In this document: positions 8,631 to 17,821 of the stretch, piece by piece
Layout: every line of letters begins with the position of its first letter
Position numbering within the stretch: position 1 is the first letter of the stretch
Virus record (IMG/VR): IMGVR_UViG_3300022562_000702
Length of the DNA stretch: 64,000 nucleotides
Source of the DNA: a virus
Direction: 5' to 3' (one strand)
Made by a program: the position numbers and the translations under genes
The notes under the pieces: generated by a model
Told to the model about the DNA's origin: nothing
What the model saw: the letters and a program-made list of their open reading frames with translations, nothing else
Databases searched by the model: none

Positions 8631-9847
8631 GATACTGCCGGGACGTACTTAATGTAATGGTGCCTTTCTCCGCACATAGCCCCAATGCGATTCACAATTT
8701 CGTCGAAGAAATTCCATGCCAGAATCACAATATACAACTCGCTTTCTTCTTTCATCACTTCCGGTGACTTGATCGGGATGTCCCGGCCCGGAGTCAGATA
8801 ATCCCACTTCATCGGATTGTCATCAACGATGTAGTCCAGATTGAGTTCAAAGAAATTGAGCATCGTGTTGCCTTTGGCGGATGCACCATATCCAATTACC
8901 TTCTTCCCTTGTCCTTTCAAGTCTGAGATCAACTTCTGCATGTCTTTCTTGTTCTGCTGAACCTGCTTGGCGAAGTCCACATATGTCTGCTTGGAAAGCA
9001 AGCCTCGCTTGTGCTCCTGCATAGCCAGATCGAGAGCGTCTGTGCAATGGTGTTTGTCACGACGCAGAAAGAATCGAATGCTTCCGCCGTGGATCGGGGT
9101 TCGCATGATGCGATCAATTCCCAGCTTCTTTCTTTCTACCAGAGCGATCATCGAGTTTACCAAGAAGTACGAAAGGTGCTCGTGATAGATCGTGTCGAAC
9201 TCGAAGTGAGAAATCATTTCGTCGCAGTACGGGAACTCCAAGATGATAACTCCATCATCTTTAAGTACGCTGATGCACTCATCCAGATAAGTGCTGACAT
9301 CATGGACATGGGCAAAGACATTGGTTCCCGTGATGATGTCGAACTTCTTGTCTCTCAATTTGTAGGCCGCACCGCTTCCCCAATAGATGACCTCGACCGG
9401 AATGTCCTTCTCCTTGGTGATCTCTCGAAGGTTTTGGGCCGGGTCCACGCCTTGCACAGAACATCCCATGTCCTTGAAGTTTCCGAGCAACGTGCCGTCA
9501 TTGCAGGCCACATCCAAAACGTAAGGCGGCATCCAACAGTCTATGGTCAAGAAAGGATGTCTGGCATTCCAATAGTTGACCGCATCATGAGCAAGATCCT
9601 TACAATGCTTTCTGAAGGTCTCGGTCGTACCACTAACATAGAGATAGTTCTTAAACATCAATGGCGGATCGACCACAATGCTGAGTTGGCTGTGAAAGCA
9701 GCTTTCGCAGAGATCAACTTGCAGCGGAAACTGCTTAAGCTCTTCTCCTTTGTGATAGCTGTTGGCGAGAGGCTGTTTTCCGAGATCGAGATATCGGTAC
9801 AATTTGTTGCCGCCACAACAGCGACATGCTTTCACATCCTTAAACAT
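8621..9847 (-). CDS. SAM-dependent C-methyltransferase with N-terminal zinc-ribbon domain (NDP-hexose C-methyltransferase-like)
   Basis: N-terminal CRCCGG...CESCFH zinc-binding domain. SAM motif I is LDVACNDGTLL. The architecture resembles TylCIII/NovU-type sugar C-methyltransferases. Confidence 0.65.
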   Translation of the reverse strand: MFKDVKACRCCGGNKLYRYLDLGKQPLANSYHKGEELKQFPLQVDLCESCFHSQLSIVVDPPLMFKNYLYVSGTTETFRKHCKDLAHDAVNYWNARHPFLTIDCWMPPYVLDVACNDGTLLGNFKDMGCSVQGVDPAQNLREITKEKDIPVEVIYWGSGAAYKLRDKKFDIITGTNVFAHVHDVSTYLDECISVLKDDGVIILEFPYCDEMISHFEFDTIYHEHLSYFLVNSMIALVERKKLGIDRIMRTPIHGGSIRFFLRRDKHHCTDALDLAMQEHKRGLLSKQTYVDFAKQVQQNKKDMQKLISDLKGQGKKVIGYGASAKGNTMLNFFELNLDYIVDDNPMKWDYLTPGRDIPIKSPEVMKEESELYIVILAWNFFDEIVNRIGAMCGERHHYIKYVPAVSCT

Positions 9848-10748
9848 ATTCTTTCCTTTCTCTAACTGTCTTGTGTGCTTCGTGCCATCCTCCTATAAGA
9901 GACTTGACAATACTGTCTACTGATTCACGAAACTCGAAATTGTAAGTTTGTTGGAACTTGCTGGTATCGATGCTGAAATTGTAGGCCGGGGCACTCCCCT
10001 TATCGACGATCTCAACCCCTCCCAAAGCCTGACTGATTGACTGGGAGATTTCATCGACTGAAGCATTGAAGCTGGCAAGGTTGTAGATACCTCTGTGATC
10101 GCCACCTTCAAGAATCGCCGCTACGGCTCGACATAGATCTTGGATGCCCAAGATCGGGCGATAGATGTCTTTGTTGAAAACGGAGATTGAACCCTCGTCG
10201 GCGGCGTGTTTGTACATCTTGTTCAACATGATGTCTGCACGCAGGTTTGGCGACCAGCCATTTACTGTGCCGAATCTCAGGCCATAGAACTCTACGCTAC
10301 TCAATCGAGCGTAGTAGTCAATCTCCTGCTTCTGGAGGTCGTAGTACGTCTTAGGATCGTACTGCGACCAGCCTTCAGGAGCGGCGATGTTCTTGGTGTC
10401 GCCATAGATGCTCGAACTGCTGGCGTAGAGGAACTTACAGTTGTGTCTTTCGAGCTTTTCGAGAAGTCTGACGAAGTTGACGACGTTGTTTTCAAACGAT
10501 GGCAGGCAATTGTCCAAGCACATCGGGACGCTGGAGTGACCTGCCAGCAGGACTACAGAATCGTAATCGCCCAGTTGGTAGTATCCGGGCTCGTCGAGCT
10601 TTTTGTAGTCCCACATCTTGTTGTCAGGATTGACAACATTGCCGAACCACTCCAAGTCTACCGTGTCAACTTCATGACCTTGTTCTTTAAGAAACAAGAA
10701 CAGTTTACTGCCGATATAGCCGCAGCCGCCAATGATGAGTATTCGCAT
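9840..10748 (-). CDS. NAD-dependent epimerase/dehydratase (SDR family)
   Basis: MRILIIGGCGYIGSKL Rossmann motif. An internal ATG at 10748 with a GGAGGAG Shine-Dalgarno is preferred over the listed start at 10793. Confidence 0.75.
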   Translation of the reverse strand: MRILIIGGCGYIGSKLFLFLKEQGHEVDTVDLEWFGNVVNPDNKMWDYKKLDEPGYYQLGDYDSVVLLAGHSSVPMCLDNCLPSFENNVVNFVRLLEKLERHNCKFLYASSSSIYGDTKNIAAPEGWSQYDPKTYYDLQKQEIDYYARLSSVEFYGLRFGTVNGWSPNLRADIMLNKMYKHAADEGSISVFNKDIYRPILGIQDLCRAVAAILEGGDHRGIYNLASFNASVDEISQSISQALGGVEIVDKGSAPAYNFSIDTSKFQQTYNFEFRESVDSIVKSLIGGWHEAHKTVRERKEYV

Positions 10749-10789
10749 TAGCTCCTCCGCTCTATATATGAGCGAAGGAGCTTCGATTA

Positions 10790-11539
10790 TCACTTAAGTT
10801 CGAACTCTTGCCCACGGACCACGAACCCCTGAAACCCATCTTCTGTGGGATTCTGAGGAGGATTGGGGCCATAATGGTAGAGCCACATCTTCTCTTTGTG
10901 TTTGTCAGGCAATGTCTTCAGATCATCGTAGTGAGCGTGGACACCGCTTTTGAACGGATACGTTTCGCAGTCATGGAAGACGATATCTGCCATGTCATAG
11001 AATTTCTCGATTTGCCGAGGACAGAACTGAGTGTCTGTGGTGAAGAACGTCTTGTCGTTGATGATCAGACCATAGCTGGGCACAATCCCCAGCCCGTTCA
11101 TTACATGAACTGTCTGGATCGGGCAGAATCGCACGCTCTTCCATGTGAAACAGTTGTTGATCTGAACGGTGGTGACATCGAAGAAACTGTCCAGAGTCAG
11201 CACGATGCCTTCATGCGACTGCATCCCACCCTTCAGGGAATCCCAGAGAGGCTCGACGAGACTGTCCACAATGAAGAGTTTGGGCTTCGATGCTTGGGGA
11301 TCGAAGTAGGTGCAGAATCCCAACCACTCCAAGCCGCCAATATGGTCGGCGTGCAGATGGCTGATGTAAACTGCGTCGATGTCCCTGTGAGACAGACCGA
11401 TCTCGCCGAGGCTGAACCGGGCATCGCTGCCGCAGTCAATTAGGAAGACCTTCCCTGTGTCTGGCCGGATCACGGCATTGCTTTGATAGTAGTCTTGTGT
11501 GGTGAAGGCCGATCCAACACCTGCGAATTGAAGCTTCAT
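10790..11539 (-). CDS. MBL-fold metallo-hydrolase
   Basis: HxHxDH motif (VYISHLHADHIGG). A start at 11539 (MKLQFAGVGSAF, preceded by AAAGGAGGAG) is preferred over 11650. Confidence 0.7.
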   Translation of the reverse strand: MKLQFAGVGSAFTTQDYYQSNAVIRPDTGKVFLIDCGSDARFSLGEIGLSHRDIDAVYISHLHADHIGGLEWLGFCTYFDPQASKPKLFIVDSLVEPLWDSLKGGMQSHEGIVLTLDSFFDVTTVQINNCFTWKSVRFCPIQTVHVMNGLGIVPSYGLIINDKTFFTTDTQFCPRQIEKFYDMADIVFHDCETYPFKSGVHAHYDDLKTLPDKHKEKMWLYHYGPNPPQNPTEDGFQGFVVRGQEFELK

Positions 11540-11621
11540 GGCTCCTCCTTTTTCTGGTTGAATGACTCGCACTTTGCGTGCCACTCTCAGATACCGAAGA
11601 ATACCGCAAACCGGACAAAAT

Positions 11622-12512
11622 TCACAGATCAGTTTGACTACATTGGTCATCAGTTTGATTCGGGATCAGCCCTCGAATGAGGAACTCCCGCATCTGGATC
11701 GTGCGACTATTCTGGGGCGATTGTTCCAGACAGAATAGGGCGACATCAGTTCTTCCGGCCTGATGCAAATTTTGGACCGACCGTAGAAGTTCGTCAGTCT
11801 CGGCGTGATTCACTGGCTGGAAGTTCAGGTCTGGCACCCAATTGAAGATTCGACGGGCGAGTTCTATGGTTTCTTCGTCGAAGTAGGACAGGTATTCTGG
11901 ATCGTCCTGCATGTGTTTGTAACTGTTGAGGGGATCGACCTTTCCGAAGCTGCTGCCGCCGCTATGCTTCCAGCCGTCCTGCGATCCAAATTTTTTGTCC
12001 GTAAATGCGAACCCGAGACGCTCTGATGTGTCTTGACGGTATTCGGGGTTTTTGTACCATTCGTTGAATGAGATGTTGGTGCATAGATACCCATCTAAGA
12101 ATGCTGTGGCATATTGTTTCCACAGATCGATTGCCCGACCGGAAAGGGCGTCGAGACACGAAAAACCAGACGACTTATTCGCATTGAAATTGCGAACCAT
12201 CTTCAGGCGACTTGCGAAGAGATTGAATGGATCTCTCAGCAGCAAGACTTGCCGTGGAGAATCACTCAAATGCTCTCGTAAAAAGCACAACTCGTAGTCC
12301 TCGAAACTCGCAAGAGTGAAGGGACGCTCTCCATAACCAGCACGCTCGACGTGCGTGGTTTCTGCTTGGCCGTTGTGCATGTAGCAGTTGTTGTAATGCA
12401 CCCAACAACTGGCATGGCCGAATATCCAGTCCATCACAGCGTGATTACCGCTGCGCCTTAGACCGAAGAAGGCATTCGTGTCTTTGGGGACTGGCTGTAG
12501 CTCATTTTTCAT
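11622..12512 (-). CDS. sulfotransferase-like protein
   Basis: GLRRSGNHAV resembles the PAPS 5'-PSB loop. LLLRDPFNLFASR resembles the 3'-PB RDP motif. Confidence 0.35.
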   Translation of the reverse strand: MKNELQPVPKDTNAFFGLRRSGNHAVMDWIFGHASCWVHYNNCYMHNGQAETTHVERAGYGERPFTLASFEDYELCFLREHLSDSPRQVLLLRDPFNLFASRLKMVRNFNANKSSGFSCLDALSGRAIDLWKQYATAFLDGYLCTNISFNEWYKNPEYRQDTSERLGFAFTDKKFGSQDGWKHSGGSSFGKVDPLNSYKHMQDDPEYLSYFDEETIELARRIFNWVPDLNFQPVNHAETDELLRSVQNLHQAGRTDVALFCLEQSPQNSRTIQMREFLIRGLIPNQTDDQCSQTDL

Positions 12513-12527
12513 ACTTTAAGAGAGGAA

Positions 12528-13181
12528 ATGACCATGAAATCTTACTGGTCAATTGACGGCCCATCCAAGGGCCATAAAGGTAAGCCGTGTTACGCTTTCG
12601 TCAAATACGATGGGAGCAACATGCGGTTCGAGTGGTCGAAGAAGCGAGGCTGGTACAAATTCGGTACTCGCAAAACCATGATCGACCACACTTCGAAGAT
12701 TTTCGGTCCCTGCATTCCGCTGTTCTTGCAAAAGTACGGGGATGGCTTGGCTGATGTCTTCAAGAAGGAGAAGTATTTCCACGGCGTGCAGTCGGTGGTT
12801 GTGTTTGGCGAGTATTTCGGAGCCAAATCGTTCGCCGGGATGCACCGTCCTTGGGACGATCAGCGGGATATCGTCTTGTTTGATGTGAATGTTCACAAGA
12901 AGGGGATTTTGGGTCCAAAACAATTTTTGGACTTGTTCGGTCATCTGGGGGTGGCTGAGGTTGCTTACCAAGGCAACTTCGGCGTGGAACTCGTAGAGAA
13001 GGTTCGTAAAGAAACCCTCGACATCGAGTCCAAGTATCCAGTAAAATCGGAAATCCCCGAAGGCGTTGTCTGCAAAGGCAGCAGCGGCCACGATCTGTGG
13101 ATGTGCAAGATCAAGACCGAGCGATACAAAGCCAAGCTCAAGGAAGAATATGAAGCCGACTGGGAGAAATACTGGGAATGA
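12528..13181 (+). CDS. minimal covalent nucleotidyltransferase of the RNA/DNA ligase superfamily (RNA-ligase-like)
   Basis: Motif I is FVKYDGSN (KxDG). Motif III is VFGEYFG, motif IV is LFDVNV and motif V is EGVVCKG. 217 aa. Confidence 0.5.
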   Translation: MTMKSYWSIDGPSKGHKGKPCYAFVKYDGSNMRFEWSKKRGWYKFGTRKTMIDHTSKIFGPCIPLFLQKYGDGLADVFKKEKYFHGVQSVVVFGEYFGAKSFAGMHRPWDDQRDIVLFDVNVHKKGILGPKQFLDLFGHLGVAEVAYQGNFGVELVEKVRKETLDIESKYPVKSEIPEGVVCKGSSGHDLWMCKIKTERYKAKLKEEYEADWEKYWE

Positions 13182-13371
13182 GTTGTTAGAGTTCGCCGAG
13201 TGGATTCGACAACAACGCCCACAAACCCCAGAGGAAAAGCAGGTTTTCATTGCTGAGCTTCGCCGTCGCAGGGCGGGGCTCAGCAAATTTTTTACCCCCG
13301 AGGTCAAAGAAGCCGTCAAGCAGGAGTTAATGCGACGGGAAAGGAGCAAGGATGAAAATCACGTCCCGTGA
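13150..13371 (+). CDS. small hypothetical protein (internal start of listed ORF 13066..13371)
   Basis: Only the C-terminal 73 aa avoid heavy overlap with the ligase-like gene. The region is basic and helical. Confidence 0.25.
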   Translation: MKPTGRNTGNELLEFAEWIRQQRPQTPEEKQVFIAELRRRRAGLSKFFTPEVKEAVKQELMRRERSKDENHVP

Positions 13372-14107
13372 GTACAAACTGATGTTGCGGCCCACAGAAG
13401 ATGTGACAGCCGTATGGCAGGATGTTGCGACTCTGGTGCGATCTACAGGAGACCTTGTTCTCCGCAAAACACAGAAGGTGTCCTTTCTCGATACGGCGGA
13501 ACACAGTCTGCGTGAAAATGGCTATGTTCTCAGACGCCGATTCCCGTCTTCTGGAGTGCAGTACACACTCAAGCGACGTTCCCCAGACATCTTCATTGCA
13601 CGAGGGGTGAAGATCAAATCCAAGCACGATCTGAGAACCAAGCTGGAAGAAGACATTTCTTTCCCTTTCCGAAGCAGATTTTCGTATTCAGGGACCATCG
13701 ATCTCAAAAAAGACGTTAAGCGACCGGAAAAACTATTCTCAAACCTGCAAGGGACGGAAAAACTGATTCCCGTCAACGGGGTTGAAGTCTCAGAAGAGGT
13801 CTACGAAGGTGTGATCGTTTTGGACTGCATCCCTGTCTCAGCCGGTGTTCTGCTTTGGAAAAGGGATGGGAAACCTCTTCTCGGCGAGTTTTCTTTCCGT
13901 TACAAAAGTCGTAATGGCAAGTACCCGCTGACTCTGGCCCTCGCTGCCAAGTCGCTTTACGAGGATCTCCAGACCTTGCCAACGGTTGATGCAACTGGTA
14001 TCACTAAAACTCAGTTCGTCTATGAGGAGCCGTCTTGGATGCAGGCAACCATGCTCCAAGCGACGGCCTGCAATTGGAGCATGAATGGACCATCCCAAGG
14101 AACTTGA
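13352..14107 (+). CDS. hypothetical protein, weak CYTH/triphosphate-tunnel-like pattern
   Basis: N-terminal SREYKLML, then VLRRRF and YTLKRR resemble the beta1 ExK, RxR and TxK motifs of CYTH enzymes. The match is degenerate. Confidence 0.4.
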   Translation: MKITSREYKLMLRPTEDVTAVWQDVATLVRSTGDLVLRKTQKVSFLDTAEHSLRENGYVLRRRFPSSGVQYTLKRRSPDIFIARGVKIKSKHDLRTKLEEDISFPFRSRFSYSGTIDLKKDVKRPEKLFSNLQGTEKLIPVNGVEVSEEVYEGVIVLDCIPVSAGVLLWKRDGKPLLGEFSFRYKSRNGKYPLTLALAAKSLYEDLQTLPTVDATGITKTQFVYEEPSWMQATMLQATACNWSMNGPSQGT

Positions 14108-14402
14108 GTGGATTGAGGGCGATCTCCCGCCCGTCGAAGATGTCCCGTACAATTGTTGGGTTCTTGTATGGTTCGTCCATGACATCACACAAGAAGAACA
14201 CGACCGTTGTGCCAAAATGATGTCCAACTATCCCAACATGATAGAGCCCGGCCCAGAGCACAACGGCAAGTTGCGACGGATTGAGATGTGTCATCCATGG
14301 ATGGACAATCTCAATCCTCTCAGATGGTGCGACAGCAGCGGAATGCCTGTAGGATACCACGAAAAGGCTGGATTTTGGGCTTGGCTCAACAAGGGCAGTT
14401 GA
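14085..14402 (+). CDS. hypothetical protein
   Basis: 105-aa ORF, co-directional with neighbours. Confidence 0.35.
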   Translation: MDHPKELEWIEGDLPPVEDVPYNCWVLVWFVHDITQEEHDRCAKMMSNYPNMIEPGPEHNGKLRRIEMCHPWMDNLNPLRWCDSSGMPVGYHEKAGFWAWLNKGS

Positions 14403-14511
14403 TTTTCTCTACAAAATGGGTATCGTGCTTTAACCCGCCCGGTTTCCAGCCTTACAATGTCGGTGTGACCGGTCAGCTTGTACGAAATTCCCAAAGCATG
14501 AGGAGACATGT

Positions 14512-16095
14512 ATGACGACTCGAACTCAAGATCTTGATCGTGAGGAAGACTTCGACGAGATCGAGGACACCGCCGAACAGAACGGCAAGCCCAAAAAGAA
14601 AGTTCGGCGAGTCAACGTCGAATGGGAAGGGGAGCGGATGATTCTCCCCGAAGGAATGGATTACCCGGAAGCGATCAAGGCTCTGGAACTGCGACAGCAG
14701 CAGGACGAGCAAGAGATCTCGATTTCGGAAACGATCCGTGCCTTCCCGCATGACGGTGCCGTCGCTTTCCAGAAGGCGTTGCGTGACATCTATGGCTGGA
14801 CCAACCTGAAGCCGACCTATGGTTTCTGGGGAGACGAACGGCCACCGCAATTGATCTCGGTGCCGATCTCTCACAATGAAACCGTTCAAGTGCCGTGGGG
14901 CAACTGCGCCGTGCCGAAGATCCGGGGCACCCTATCCACCGGTTGGACGGAAGTGGACGGCCTGCCGCAGTTCCGATTGTCGGGTTCGATTCGTCGTGCC
15001 GATGAGAAGGCGTTCCGCCGCATCATCGAACTCACGAAGCAGTACATCGCCGAAGACTCCATCTACAAGGGACAGGCCATCAAGGTCCAGTTCCGTGACA
15101 AAGATGGTGATCCTCGGGATTTCGATCCCGCCTTCTCGCCGAAGTTCATGGACCTGAAGTCGTTCGATCCGACTGAACTGGTTTACCCGGAGACGACGGA
15201 ACGATCCGTGACGACGAATCTGTTCAACCTCATCCAGTACACGGAGAAGTGCCGCTCTCAGAAGATTCCGCTGAAGCGTGGCATCGTGCTGGAGGGGACG
15301 TTCGGCACCGGCAAGACGTTGACGGCCTACCAAACCGCACAACTCTGTGTGGCGAACGGCTGGACCTTCATCCTGCTGGACGATGTGCGTGACCTTCATC
15401 AAGCCCTTCAATTCGCTCGCATGTATGAGCCGTGCGTCGTCTTCGCCGAAGACATCGACCATGCGGCAGGCGGGAAGCGGAATGATGACATGAGCCGCAT
15501 CTTCAACACCATTGACGGCATCGAGGCCAAAGGCCACGAAATCCTGACGGTGCTGACGACGAACCGTGTCAACACGATCCATCCGGGCTTCATTCGTCCC
15601 GGTCGTATCGACGCCGTGATCAACATCGGCCCGCCCGATGCTCCCGCCACAGTCAAGCTGGTTCGCCGGTACGGCCAGTGCGAGAAGCGGGACAGCATCC
15701 TCGACGCCGAATTGACGGACGATCAGATTGTCGAGGCCATGAAGCCGGTCAAGATGGCGAATGCCGCCTTCATCCGGGAAGTGGTCGAGCGAGCCAAACT
15801 GGCGGCTGTGGCGCACTCGGACGAACGGCTCAACATTACGCAAGCCGATCTGTCGGCGGCAGCCGAGTCGATGCAGCAGCACCTCAAGCTGGTCTGCCCG
15901 GAAATCGCCGAGATGAACGAGATGCAGAAGTTGCTCTCCGATGCCGAACAGGTCGATCCGATCCAGTTCGCCATGGAGACGATTTTGGACGAGTTCGTGT
16001 TCAAGATTTTCGACAGCATCGCCGATCCTTCGGTGCTCAAGAAGATCATCCTCAAGCAGAAGAAGCGGCGACCGAGCGGCTTCTCCAACAACTGA
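14512..16095 (+). CDS. AAA+ family ATPase with ~250-aa uncharacterised N-terminal domain
   Basis: Walker A GTFGTGKT and Walker B VVFAEDID. Sensor/arginine-finger region TTNRVNTIHPGFIRPGRID. Confidence 0.85.
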   Translation: MTTRTQDLDREEDFDEIEDTAEQNGKPKKKVRRVNVEWEGERMILPEGMDYPEAIKALELRQQQDEQEISISETIRAFPHDGAVAFQKALRDIYGWTNLKPTYGFWGDERPPQLISVPISHNETVQVPWGNCAVPKIRGTLSTGWTEVDGLPQFRLSGSIRRADEKAFRRIIELTKQYIAEDSIYKGQAIKVQFRDKDGDPRDFDPAFSPKFMDLKSFDPTELVYPETTERSVTTNLFNLIQYTEKCRSQKIPLKRGIVLEGTFGTGKTLTAYQTAQLCVANGWTFILLDDVRDLHQALQFARMYEPCVVFAEDIDHAAGGKRNDDMSRIFNTIDGIEAKGHEILTVLTTNRVNTIHPGFIRPGRIDAVINIGPPDAPATVKLVRRYGQCEKRDSILDAELTDDQIVEAMKPVKMANAAFIREVVERAKLAAVAHSDERLNITQADLSAAAESMQQHLKLVCPEIAEMNEMQKLLSDAEQVDPIQFAMETILDEFVFKIFDSIADPSVLKKIILKQKKRRPSGFSNN

Positions 16096-16123
16096 TCCCG
16101 TCTCATCTTCATGCGGGAAGAGA

Positions 16124-16153
16124 AAGGCCGGGGAGGCAACTCCCCGGCCTTTG
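16124..16153. terminator. bidirectional rho-independent terminator (13-bp stem AAAGGCCGGGGAG/CTCCCCGGCCTTT, GCAA loop, T-rich tail)
   Basis: Read in the sequence between convergent genes. Confidence 0.65.
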
Positions 16154-16158
16154 TCGTT

Positions 16159-17160
16159 TTACTCCTGTTGGAGTTCTTCAAGCTCTTTCTTCAGCTTCTC
16201 ATTTGTCTCTTGGAGAAGCTTCTCCTTGTCCTCACGCTGCTTCTTGCGCCTCTTCTCGGACTTGAGCCGGTCGATCTCCTGACGAAGCTGATCGTTCTCA
16301 TCCTCCAGATTGTCAATGATCTGGTCCTTGTTGGTCTTCCGCTTCTTTGTTGCCTTGACGACGGCAACCTCTTCAACCTCTTCCTCGACGCCCTGAAGGA
16401 AGATCTTCAAAGACGTGAACGTGCTTTCGGTATCACAGAAGACGGTGCGGAAGTTCTGACCTGTCAGATTGCCTTCGACCGTGCAACCATCCTGAGTCAC
16501 AGGCTCTTCGTTGAACGATAGGTTCTGTGTCTTGACGGTTCTCGACTTGGCTGATCTCAGCGGCCCGCTGCTCATGCTTGTGCCGCCACCAGTGCTACAC
16601 TGGATGCTGTTTGAGGCATAGAGATCGCCGCCACCGCTGCTCATACCATAGCTGACACCGCCGCCACCTTTGGAGGCTTCGCCAGCGTCACAGGTCCACG
16701 TCGGGCCGTTGTACCATGGGTACGGCTGGGGCTTGGGCATCGGCACAGGCCGAGGATAGTAGTGGTCGTGGTGATGATGAACATCACGGTAGATCACCTG
16801 CGGCTGTTCCTTCTCAAGATAGAAGCGAGCTTCGATGGTTCCCTTCACCTTGTCAGGATTCGGGCCGTTCTTACCGTGCTCGATGGCGTCTTCGCTGTCC
16901 AGACTGACGAACTTGAACGCACGATCCACATCGTGGTGGCGTTTGATGTCCGTGTAGTCGTTGGCATTGACGATATAACCGGCTCCAGAGACGTTTTCGC
17001 CGTCGATATAGATCTGGACGACGGCTCTCCGGTTATTCTTGTTGCGGAACCTGAGAACGTATTCGGTTCCAAAAGGAAGGGTGACTACGCCGTTGGCGAG
17101 TTCTTTTTGTGGGCGTCCGTTGACGAGAACGCACATGACAAACTTATTAGAGTACACCAT
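16159..17160 (-). CDS. hypothetical protein with Gly/Ser-rich middle and Lys/Glu-rich C-terminal coiled coil
   Basis: 333-aa ORF. The C-terminus is KKRKTNKDQIIDNLEDENDQLRQEIDRLKSEKRRKKQREDKEK. Confidence 0.5.
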   Translation of the reverse strand: MVYSNKFVMCVLVNGRPQKELANGVVTLPFGTEYVLRFRNKNNRRAVVQIYIDGENVSGAGYIVNANDYTDIKRHHDVDRAFKFVSLDSEDAIEHGKNGPNPDKVKGTIEARFYLEKEQPQVIYRDVHHHHDHYYPRPVPMPKPQPYPWYNGPTWTCDAGEASKGGGGVSYGMSSGGGDLYASNSIQCSTGGGTSMSSGPLRSAKSRTVKTQNLSFNEEPVTQDGCTVEGNLTGQNFRTVFCDTESTFTSLKIFLQGVEEEVEEVAVVKATKKRKTNKDQIIDNLEDENDQLRQEIDRLKSEKRRKKQREDKEKLLQETNEKLKKELEELQQE

Positions 17161-17320
17161 TGTACCTCCTAGCTGAGCTAACCCTCATCCTCTGTTGGGC
17201 AATGCGAAAGTGCTTTGGGGCTAAGTCAAACCCCGAGGAATGCTGCTCAATGTCTTATAGTATTGTTTGCGTCTTAAAAAATCAACCTGAATCCTAAATA
17301 GTTTAAGATAGGAGAAAGCC

Positions 17321-17821
17321 ATGGCAGTTCGAACATTTGATGATTTTTTGGCCGAGCAGGCGTTGAATGAGAATATCGGGGCGATTTTGGGGAACGTCTT
17401 CAAGATGGCTGGCCCCGCTATGAAAGGTCTGTTGCAGAAAGCCGGTCCAATGTTGACGAAAGCCGCCGAGCAATATGGCCCTCAAATGGTGCAATCCGCC
17501 GCTCAACAAGTGATTACTCAGATGGGTAATGGTGGTGCTCAGCAGGGCCAGCCGGGACAAGTCCCACAGCAAACTCAGGCTGGGCAGGCCCCTCAGACGA
17601 CGCAGCAGCGTCAAACAACTCAGCAATCTCAGATGCCCCAGACGCCAGATCCTCAGAACTCTAAAGCCTTCGAGGACTTACTTCAGGCATCTCTCAATCA
17701 GTTGGCGATCAAAGGCACTCAGGCCGGTATGAATGCTCTGGGCAGCATGTTTCAGGGAAGACAGACTGCCGGGGCACCAACATCGACGGGAGCAATGCCA
17801 GCGGCCCCAGCAGCCGTTTAA
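17321..17821 (+). CDS. hypothetical Q-rich low-complexity protein
   Basis: QQGQPGQVPQQTQAGQAPQTTQQRQTTQQSQ tract after a helical N-terminus. Confidence 0.45.
   Translation: MAVRTFDDFLAEQALNENIGAILGNVFKMAGPAMKGLLQKAGPMLTKAAEQYGPQMVQSAAQQVITQMGNGGAQQGQPGQVPQQTQAGQAPQTTQQRQTTQQSQMPQTPDPQNSKAFEDLLQASLNQLAIKGTQAGMNALGSMFQGRQTAGAPTSTGAMPAAPAAV

Noticed and set aside
12549-13349. 266-aa minus-strand ORF
   Set aside because: It lies entirely antisense to the well-supported KxDG ligase-like gene. The translation is low complexity with no motifs, so it is probably a shadow ORF.
14932-15882. 316-aa minus-strand ORF
   Set aside because: It is antisense to the AAA+ ATPase gene, whose Walker motifs are unambiguous.
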